A DNA stretch of 62,718 bases, counting the filler, from Collodictyon triciliatum (lineage: Eukaryota): the NCBI GenBank assembly GCA_043381765.1. It is 8 parts of 8 records of this genome, joined end to end, with 100 filler letters (N's around TTAATTAATTAA, not from the genome) between each part and the next. Parts side by side here need not be neighbours in the genome. Positions count along the whole stretch, not along the records: positions 1 to 8,043 come from JBHJMP010003584.1; positions 8,144 to 16,252 come from JBHJMP010003587.1; 6 more parts are not named here. One strand, 5' to 3'. Positions 1 to 9,215 of the stretch are shown here, in pieces. The notes under the pieces are model-generated. The model was not told the DNA's origin. It saw only the letters and a program-made list of their open reading frames with translations, and made no database searches. Within the stretch, counting starts at the first letter, position 1. The number at the start of each line of letters is the position of its first letter. The translations under genes were made by a program, and so were the position numbers.

Positions 1-666
1 AAGGTTCACTCACTCACTATACAAGCCTCGTAACCCTCACAGCATGAAAAAAAAAGATAGAAATAAACATGGACATTGATGGCATGAAGAAGCAAATTTT
101 CATCCAAAAAGGGAAAGAGGTAATTTACACTCCGTACAATTATCACCATACATTTTTCAATCTGTGGAATTTACAGCATATACAAATTTTGTGGTGCGTG
201 CCGAATACTGTGTCATAAATTTTCCGAATTTTTGCAGCAGGAATACACGCTGTGCATCATTGGGAGATATCGCACCTGGAGCATTCGAGAATGTTCTGCC
301 TTCCCAATCACCACACGAGCGACACACAGCCCAATCCGTCCACTATATGTTGAAATGGCCACATCTTTATTCGGATGGAAGATTCGCCAGCCTTTGTGGG
401 ATATTTAAGCTTCGTCCCGTCGAAATCGCTGCTGCCCTGAGCTCTTTCTTTCTCGCCACCTTATCACACCACTCATTCGCAATGCGCATTCTATTCTCTG
501 TGTGCACAACCGCACTGCTCTCACCCGAGCAACGTCAGTCTGTGTGACTTGTCAAGTGCATTCACAAAACAAATAAACACTGCTGTGCACTAACACACAA
601 CCCAGTCCACCCGTCCACACAACCCCCAGAACCCGTCCAAACCACCCCCGCTCCACTTCTGTCGGC

Positions 667-3600
667 ATGGCCGACGAGGCTGCGCTTTTACAAGAAGTCC
701 GAAAAATCGCCGGGAAACGCGACATCGCCTCTTTAAAAAGCTCCCAGAGTCTAGCTTTAGGAGGGAACGGCTTAACTTCCGTTCCCCATGGTGTCTTTTT
801 GTTGACTGGTCTGAAAAGATTGGGCCTTCATGACAATCAGTTGTCATCGCTGCCTCCAGAAATATCGTGTTTGATTGGTCTCGAATGGATTAATGTTCGT
901 GACAATCAGTTGTCATCGCTGCCAGCACAAATATCTTGTTTGACTGGTCTCAAATGGCTTAGTGTTCATGGCAATCAGTTGTCATTGCTGCCTCCAGAAA
1001 TATCATGTTTGACTGGTCTCATTGAATTTTATGTTAATGACAATCAGTTGTCAACGCTGCCTTCACAAATATCGTGTTTGACTGGTCTCATTGGTCTTTG
1101 GGTTAATAACAATAAGTTCTCATCGCTGCCTCCACAAATATCTTGTTTGACTGGTCTCACATATATCGGTGTTAGTGGCAATCAGTTGTCATCGCTGCCT
1201 GCACAAATATCGTGTTTGACTGGTCTCACATTTCTTGGTGTTTATGGCAACCCGGTATGTTTTCATTCATTTTTATTACTGTTTTATTTATGTTGAAAAG
1301 ATTAAGTTGCTGACAACGATACATGCAGATGGAGGAGCTTCCACCACAATTCACAGCGCTCGCAAATCTGAAGGAGCTCTACAACGAATACTGTGGAAGA
1401 ATTAATATAAAGAGAGCGCCGTGTGGCATCACAGCCCTTCCAGTGTGGAACAACACATCAAACTCACAAAACAAACACATCCGAAAGCTGCAGCTCTACG
1501 ACCCCGTAAGCACATAAAGATAAATAAAATAAAAAAAAGTATCCTAAGCACACAACAAAAACAGGAAGACGAAATTCTAAAGCCGGGATGGACACCAAGC
1601 GAGGCATATATCCAGCTCCACTCGCTGAATTTCACCGGAAGAAACATCTCTGTGCTTCCAGCCAACATCTCCCTCCTGGTGAATCTGAGCTTCATCGACA
1701 TCAGCCAGAACAAGGTATGTGAATCAAAAGCCGTAATAAGCATAAATCCCAATGATCGATGAACAACAAATTACACATGATTTGGCACTAATTACCTTTC
1801 TGCATGATGAATACGTGGCGATAATCGATACTTCCATCGATAGGTTGATTTTACTTCACTCATATAATGGTGAATCCATTCTATTAGTAATTTGATTACA
1901 ATTAAACCCTCTTTAATAAATAAATAGATATCCACACTACCAGCAAACATATCGAACTTGACGAATCTCACAAATCTCAGCATCGGCAACAATAAGGTAC
2001 ACACATTCATATATATTGAATATATTTAAAAAAACACAATTAAAACAGCCTATCATACATTCTACTTAGTTAATTAACAGAGAAATACGCGGGGATTTTA
2101 GCTCGACGCATTCCCCACAGTCATCTGTACAATAACACATATCGTGACCCTAAATATTTCTGGAAATCAGGTGATAAAGCTACACAACAGACATGTAAAA
2201 AAAAAAAACTATTGAATGAAACATTATGCAAACTATAGTAATCAAATACCCACTTAAACTCACCCATCGTACAAATCCAGATTTCACACATCCCAGATGT
2301 CATAGCAAACCTTGTAAATCTTCAAAAATTGGACATATCCAACAACAAGGTCAACCACTTTTCTATTTAAATCCTCCATTGGATTTTTCAATTAAGTTTT
2401 ATGGCCGTATTTCCCAAAAAAAAAAAAAAACTTACTGATACCATCATCAGATTGAAAAGTTACCTGAAATCATCGCCAAGCTTAAAGGCCTTCGAAGTGG
2501 ACTGAATATCCAAGAGAATCCTATCAAAAATATACCAGAGAACGTCACCAGAAATGGGTCTGAAGCAGTCTTCGATTTCCTATCAAACTCTATGAATGGT
2601 GTTGTAAAATGGACTCAGGGAAGACTCCTACTATTGGGCGAGGGAGGGGCGGGAAAGACTACAATCACCAAATCGATCACCCAAAATTACTGGTTCTTTT
2701 ATGATACCACAGACCAGCCAAGGATTGCAACTGATGGTATTGCCCATGTTGATATCGATGAGCCGATGATGGGTGGATTTTTCAAGACGAAGATTTCCGT
2801 ACGAATCTGGGACTTTGGGGGACAAGACGAGTTCCAAGTAACACACTCATTCTTTTTGTCATCAGGCGCCCTCGTTTTAATCCTTTACAGACTCGACCAA
2901 GACAAGGAGAAGAACAATCTCAGCCGCTGGGTCAAAATGCTTGATGACTTCGCACCTGGCTCAAAAATCATAATCGCTGGGACTCATCAAGATTGTGAAA
3001 ATCAAACTTATAGCCAGGATATGCAGAAAGAAATCGAACGTATCAAAAAAGAAAACGAGCAGAAACTGGATGAAAAGGCTCGTCACATCTTCATCAATAC
3101 AGAGTTTAAAATAAGCAACAAGAGTGGAACAAAGATATCGAGTTTGAAGGAAGAGATATATAAAGGAATGATGAGGCTTGATAACATGAACAAGGATATT
3201 CCAAAAACATACATCGGACTGAAAGACTATCTGAATTCAAAAAGTCAAATATCAAAGTACGACCGAATCCAAGACACTTACGATTTTGCCGAGAAGCAGA
3301 TGGGTATGGACAGAAATGGGTGCGAAAGTGCTCTCAAATTCCTCCATGACCTTGGCTCGGTCGTCTGGTATTCATCACTTGAATATATCAAAGACATACT
3401 TTTTTTAGATCCTCTATTTCTCATCAACATTTTCCGCTGTGTCTTCAGCTTCAAAGGCATCGGGAAGGACACAACTGGCATCATTTTGTTGGGCAAGCTA
3501 AAAGACCAAATCAAACAAGAACTGAATACAGAAATAGATGAACATGTGTTCAATACAATTCTTCGAATATTTGACCATTTCGGCCTTGGGATTCAATTCA

Positions 3601-6600
3601 ATAGAGAATGCATCGCCTTTCCCTCGTTGATGGAAGATTGCCAAAATATCAAGGCGTTGTGGAATAATAAACCAGAGTCAAACTGCATCGCTGAAACCTC
3701 TGTAAAAATAATAACCAATGGCGAAATCCAGCTCTCTGACAAAAGCAACGTCGTCATACAAGCACTTCGTTTGACAAAAGGGGCACAAGCTGGAGTTCAA
3801 TATGACGACCAGTTTTTTAGAGATGTTGCGTTCATACATCTGAATGCCTCCTACAAAACAGGAACGGATGAAATTCAACTGCTTCCTGGAGACGGTTTGA
3901 TTATTTTGTATCAAATCCACCAGAAGAATATTTCAGTCAAGATTAGAAAATACGAAAATGAGGTTCACGATGATGGCGATAGAATAGTCAGGATTTTTGA
4001 TATCCTTTCAACCTTCATCAAACAAATATCATCGATTCGACCAAATTTTGTGGACGCATATCGATTTGAATGCCCTGAATGCAAGCGTCGTGGATTAGAC
4101 GGTTATATTCAAACTTCGGCAAAGATAGATGAATCAGAATTGAAAGTGTGTAACCATAGCCATCAATTAGAAGCGAGTGCAGTAAAGCAAGGGCGCGTCT
4201 ATCTGGAACAAGGTTTATTATAATAAATATATTCGAATTATGTTAATTTTCAAATTAATAGTAGTTTGATTAAATATTATCGAAAGCTAGTAAATCATTT
4301 AATACTTGAAAAATAAAGGAATCTCGAAGAGATTTACCTCTGTGGTGAGAGCGAAAAAGAAAAAGACGCCGCAATCTGCTGAAGCAATTCTTGAGCTGGA
4401 TTCAATCGACCGGGAATTGAAGAAACAATGGATTCATGAAAAAATAGAACTGTCAGGTTATCTCGCAAAGGGAGCATATGGGCGAGTTTATACAACAATG
4501 CTCGAAGGAAAAGACGCTGTGGTCAAAATCCAAACAATCAAAGAAATGGGAAAGCAGACCCTCAGCCAGGTGATTCAATCGCTCATTTTTGAAAGCAAGT
4601 TTCTACATGAATGCAAAGAATGTGAAAATATAGTCAAATTATTTGGTGTTTATCGTAAAGACGACGACGACTTTTTCATGATTATGGAGAATGCAGGTAT
4701 TTCGTTGAAAACGATGTTGGAGAAGAAAAAGATTAAGCCAACATTATCTCAAATAATTTTTTACACAAAGCAACTTTGCAAGGGTCTCATTTTCATGCAT
4801 TCTAAAAATCTATATCACGAAGATTTGAAGGCCGATAATGTTATGATTGTGGGTGAAACAGTAAAAATTGTGGATTTTGGGATAGTGAGCCTTCGTGAAG
4901 TTGATAAAGTCGGGTCAAACTTACCGACGAGATTTGGTGAGAACAAGCAAGGCGGAACTGCAAACTGGCAAGCACCGGAAATCCATGAAGTTTCTTGTGA
5001 ACCGTTTTATAATGATAACCCAGAAATGTATGGTGAGGATGAAGTAAATCATGGGCACCGAGGAGAACCAAGCAACGTGTATGCTTTGGGAATGCTCGTT
5101 TGGTACATGTTCTCTGGTATCGAGCCGTTTCGGAATGAGACACAAACACAAAGTTTTGTCATCAGGGGATTACGACCAGACATACCGAAAGAAGCCACTT
5201 GTGAGCTTAACCACCTTATCAGAGTGTGCTGGAGGCAAAACTACAAGCTCCGACCTTCTCTGAATCAAGTTTGTGTATACTTGGATAAGTTGAAATCAGA
5301 TGGGCCGAGGCTTCCTCAAAAGATAATTAACGAATTGCTTCCAATTAAATATACTCCTTTGGCTGATATGTACCAGGGTGAATTTGTGGAGTGGCTGCGA
5401 GAGTATGGCTTCTTAAAACTAAGCGATACAATTTCAAATCAAAGCTGGATAAGTTTCAAAGAAATTCAAGACAAACTGGATGAAAGCACGATGGTTGAGA
5501 TGTATCACATATCGTCAGATGACATTTGTACATTTGTAGAACTATCGAAGGAGGAAGACACTAGCGATTCCCAAGCTCCAAATAAAAAAATTGAACAATT
5601 ATTTTACAGCCAATTGGTGACTCATCTGCAGAAAAAGAAAGACGAATTGTCGGAAAGACTGCTTGGGAAAGTGAAAGCCTTGAGGCTTGATGGAAACACA
5701 ATATCCAAGCTTGACCAGCCTGATGTCCACGCGACCCATTCGCTTTCTGAGCAAGAACTCTCGTTTGCATCCCAATTCATAAACGACCACCTACATCCAA
5801 ATGAGACTGAGTCTCCTAAACATCCATTAAGCTCCAGTACCCTTCAAGAATTGGAAGAAATTCAATATATGAATGTGCAGTACTCCCCTTACAATCATGG
5901 AATTCAACATGCAACTTCGCTGTGGATGGGCGATATGAAGCTCTCTCAGATTCCTGATTGGCTCAAGCATTTAGTTGGGCTAAAGAAACTCTACCTCCAT
6001 TCAAACGAAGTAATATTCACATAAATAAATAAAAAAAAAGGCCACCAACAAATTTTATTATTGACCATATTGTAACTCACCACCTTTTTACAGCTTGTAT
6101 CTTTCTCGGAGTCATGCTTCGCTCTTACAGGCCTAGTATATCTGGACTTATCAAAAAATAAGGTTTTCCTTTTGTGTTTTTTTTTCTTTCATTTACTAAT
6201 TTTTTTTTAAAAAAAATAATTAGTATTTAATTTCATACTTGCATTTGAATCAACCTCATTCATGCCTCCATTCTTATCATTTACTATGATTTACAGATAT
6301 CATCAATACCTGCTCAAATATCACACCTGACGGGTTTAACTCGCCTTGATGTCTCTCAAAATCAGTTGTCATCACTAACTTCAGAAATATCACACCTGAC
6401 GGTTTTAACTCGCCTTGATGTCTCTCAAAATCGGCTGTCATCACTACCTTCAGAAATATCATGCTTGAATGGTCTCACTCGCATTGATATCTTTCAAAAT
6501 CGGCTGTCATCACTACCTTCAGAAATATCATGCTTGAATGGTCTCACTCGCCTGGATGTCTCTCAAAATCAGTTGTCATCACTACCTCCAGAAATATCAT

Positions 6601-7179
6601 GCTTGAATGGTCTCACTCGCATTGATATCTCCCAAAATCAGTTGTCATCACTACCTTCAGAAATATCATGCTTGAATGGTCTTACTCGCCTCGATGTCTC
6701 TCAAAATCAGCTGATGTCACTGCCACAAGGATTATCGAGCTTAGCGTGCCTTGTACAGTTGGATATCCGTGATAATTCGGTTTGTTAAATGTATAAATGT
6801 CGAAAAGTCAGGCCACTATATTGAACTCATAATTATATTTCCATTCCTACAGATTGATGAGCTTCCTGCCGGAATTACTGCTCTGACTGCTCTCAGTCGC
6901 TTGCGCATCCGCAACAAAGAAGGAAAATCGAACATCAAGAAGGCGCCTCCCGGCATCACACTTCTCCCTTGTTGGAACGAGCAGAGCAATCCAGATTATG
7001 AAATTATTCGTAAACTGGAGCTTTATGACCACGTAAGAAATCTGTGTTTGTTATTCATTCGCACGCTGCTCATATTTAAATATATATGTATTCATCTGTT
7101 AGTGTTTCTTTTTTTGTTTTGTTTTGTTTAAAAATAAAGAAAATCCCAATTACTTGTTTTACCAAACGACCAGCAGTAA
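667..7179 (+). CDS. ROCO-family kinase: LRR-cap-LRR-Roc GTPase-COR-kinase-(2x SAM-like)-LRR-cap. Inferred exons 667-1255, 1329-1505, 1565-1714, 1928-1996, 2281-2349, 2451-4212, 4319-6009, 6094-6162, 6297-6779, 6853-7032 and a tentative tiny last exon ~7174-7179
   Basis: 23-aa LRRs (LSSLPPEISCLTGLxxLxVxxNQ). Roc motifs GEGGAGKT, WDFGGQDEF and GTHQD. COR-like ALKFLHDLGSVVWY. Kinase motifs AKGAYGRVY, AVVK, HEDLKADN, DFG and GTANWQAPE. All listed exons join in frame at GT-AG sites. The 3' end is uncertain. Confidence 0.88.
835..1248 (+). repeat. Six tandem 69-bp LRR-coding units (48-bp conserved framework + 21-bp variable block)
   Basis: The unit aatcagttgtcatcgctgcctNcaNaaatatcNtgtttgactggtctc recurs at 835, 904, 973, 1042, 1111 and 1180. 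Confidence 0.95.
6297..6779 (+). repeat. Seven tandem 69-bp LRR-coding units (C-terminal array, highly homogenised)
   Basis: The exon is 483 nt = 7 x 69. Units read TRLDVSQN / TRIDI(F/S)QN and share the framework aatcagttgtcatcactacct(t/c)cagaaatatcatgcttgaatggtctcact. Confidence 0.92.
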
Positions 7180-7647
7180 CCAAGAACTGGATATTTTTTT
7201 TTCTGCATGAAGCTGGTTAAAGTGGTAAGGTGCAAGCTGGTATTAAAGTGTACAATATATCAAAATATCTTTGTTTTTTCCGCTACTTCTTGAGTGTTAA
7301 TGGTTGAAATATAGATTATCAAAAAGTCGGCAGGCGAATGCAGCATCCTGTATGCTTTAACACTCTGCGATTTATTTTTACTACCTGCCAGCCAGCCAAG
7401 CGTTTCGCGTCCCATTCATCTTTTCTCCATCTTGACTCCCTTCTCACCCCATTTCTCTCTTTTTTTTCTCGGGTTTTTTAGCACAGCTTTTTCCCGATAT
7501 CACAACCAGCAATCCACAAGCACCCGACCCACACCAATGAGTCAGAATAAAGATGATAAAAAAAACATGAGTAAGGTCAGCTCCATTACATAATAATCAT
7601 GTGGATACCAGACAGGAAAATGAGAGATAAAGAGAGGAGAAAGGAAG

Positions 7648-7811
7648 TCACGTGAAGACCTGGTGACTCCCTGATTGTAATCCGCGGTGCTCAAGTAGTG
7701 ATGCTTCAGATATACGAGACACATACAAATACAACATTCGGTTTGACCATGGTACTTTCAGGTTTTTCGATTGAGTGGGCTGTGTCACTGTGCGCAAGGT
7801 GATGTAAGATT
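7648..7811 (-). CDS. Possible terminal exon of an unidentified convergent gene
   Basis: Acceptor tacag followed by an open frame (SYITLRTVTQP...SHQVFT*). No recognisable domain. Confidence 0.3.
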
Positions 7812-7949
7812 CTGTATTAAAAATTAAAAAAAAAAAAGGAAATAGGAAGAAATGTAAGTTTATCTTGCGATTACTTTAATTTTTTGCTTCTCATTAAATT
7901 AATCGTGAGGTCAATCAACATCTATTGAATTGTTTGTCTAGAGTATGTG

Positions 7950-8043
7950 ATACATACATACATACATACATACATACATACATACATACATACATACATA
8001 CATACATACATACATACATACATACATACATACATACATACAT
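7950..8043. repeat. (TACA)n microsatellite at contig end
   Basis: Direct inspection. Confidence 0.97.
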
Positions 8044-8143
8044 NNNNNNNNNNNNNNNNNNNNNNNNNNNNNNNNNNNNNNNNNNNNTTAATTAATTAAN
8101 NNNNNNNNNNNNNNNNNNNNNNNNNNNNNNNNNNNNNNNNNNN
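8044..8143. other. Artificial contig linker (44 N + TTAATTAATTAA + 44 N). Identical linkers at 16253-16352, 24457-24556, 32652-32751, 40847-40946, 49032-49131 and 57216-57315
   Basis: Six-frame stop linker. The intervening segments are 8109, 8104, 8095, 8095, 8085 and 8084 bp, i.e. size-sorted contigs. Confidence 0.97.
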
Positions 8144-8373
8144 TGGTCAATTATATTGTAAGATTCAGGGCACGGATTGGGTACGTGTACGATAGCGACA
8201 AGTCTATGTATAAGATAATGCTTGTTACATAATTGTATTTGTTTATATCCTCTGTTTTGTACGTGAGTTTTTAAAATTGAAAGTTTGTTATTTCTTACAT
8301 TTCCAAAAGTACCAATTTCATACTGTTGACAAAAAGGAATAGGTTTAAATATTTCTTCTTGAGTTAAAGACAT
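8144..8373 (-). CDS. NUMOD4-HNH homing-type endonuclease (3' truncated by contig end), virus/phage-like and intronless
   Basis: EIFKPIPFCQQYEIGTFGNVRN matches the NUMOD4 pattern (EiWkdI..YeVSn.GrVr). GYKQIQL...IHRLVAIVHVPNP...IIDH matches the HNH_3 pattern. Confidence 0.85.
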
Positions 8374-8413
8374 TATAATAACTTAATAAATTACCTTTAA
8401 ATAGCTTTACAAG

Positions 8414-8803
8414 ATGACGACCATAACTTACGACACTAATGACTACATTATGAAAATTAAAAACTATCCTGGGTTTACACCTTGTGATGTGAAAATTACT
8501 TTTAAAAAAAGTGACGTGAAAAACATCGTGGTTGTTTGGAGAGGTGGCACTCATCTCAGTCTTATTGCTTCTGGAAAGCATGTACATTATACAACTGACG
8601 CTTTTAGCTGCTTTCATGCGATGGACCAATACGATGTCCGGGATGATTACGAAAAGCACCTGGATATTACTCTTAAATGCTTAGAATGTGTAATGACTCC
8701 TCAGTATGCTCCCGATACACAAAGCTGGACTTGGGCGAGGGAAGCTCTGATGCCCCTACTGGTGGCTCTACTTTGCTACATCATGAAGCGACACGACCAA
8801 TAA
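8414..8803 (+). CDS. Intronless hypothetical protein (129 aa), divergent from the HNH gene and probably part of the same virus-like element
   Basis: Clean ORF whose ATG lies only 40 bp from the HNH ATG, unlike the intron-rich host genes. No domain recognised. Confidence 0.55.
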   Translation: MTTITYDTNDYIMKIKNYPGFTPCDVKITFKKSDVKNIVVVWRGGTHLSLIASGKHVHYTTDAFSCFHAMDQYDVRDDYEKHLDITLKCLECVMTPQYAPDTQSWTWAREALMPLLVALLCYIMKRHDQ

Positions 8804-9215
8804 ACTCACCAACCATAATAAAAAAAAGTCAGGGGGGAGTTGAAGGCTGGCCCATTTTTTATATACTTCGCCCAAAATTTTGGGGAAAATATATTTCTCG
8901 CGTATGTATTTTTTAATCATCGTGTAAAAAAATCTACACAGGCAAACAAGTTTTTTGCCCGAATTTTTTGGGATTTTTGGGCCAGGTGGGCCAGCGCAAA
9001 GATACCGCATATGGTATCAGCGAATTAATTTAAATTATTTATATTCCACATTTGGTATCGCAACGTATCGTAATCGAATCATCTAGAAAGGTACCGTACT
9101 CGCCATATGTGGTATGAAAGACCGTGAAATAGGGGTATAAGTAGGTCGAGAGAAATAAAGTGACATCATTTATATATTAATATTAATATATATATGATGT
9201 CCATATCTTACTAAC

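Larger units (their letters stand above)
8144..9160. mobile_element. End of a putative endogenous virus / Polinton-like or other large DNA element inserted in the receptor-kinase intron
   Basis: Compact intronless ORFs including an HNH nuclease, a palindrome-rich non-coding end, and absence of the host kinase exons expected here. The boundary is approximate. Confidence 0.55.

Noticed and set aside
164-547. 127-aa ORF upstream of the ROCO gene
   Set aside because: GTG start, no recognisable motif, and it lies in the probable promoter/5' UTR.
814-1248. DGR-like adenine-directed mutagenesis of the LRR variable block (AAT/AAC to NNT/NNC pattern)
   Set aside because: No reverse transcriptase or template repeat is present in the window. 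Adenines in the framework are largely invariant, and some variants (tgg, atc) need non-A changes. Diversifying selection after duplication is simpler.
835-1248. CRISPR-like repeat-spacer array (48-bp constant + 21-bp variable)
   Set aside because: It is in-frame LRR coding sequence of a spliced eukaryotic gene, the variable blocks are homologous to each other, and there are no cas genes.
8088-8099. TTAATTAATTAA as a biological motif recurring every ~8.2 kb
   Set aside because: It is always centred in 44+44 Ns, so it is a six-frame stop linker added during assembly processing.
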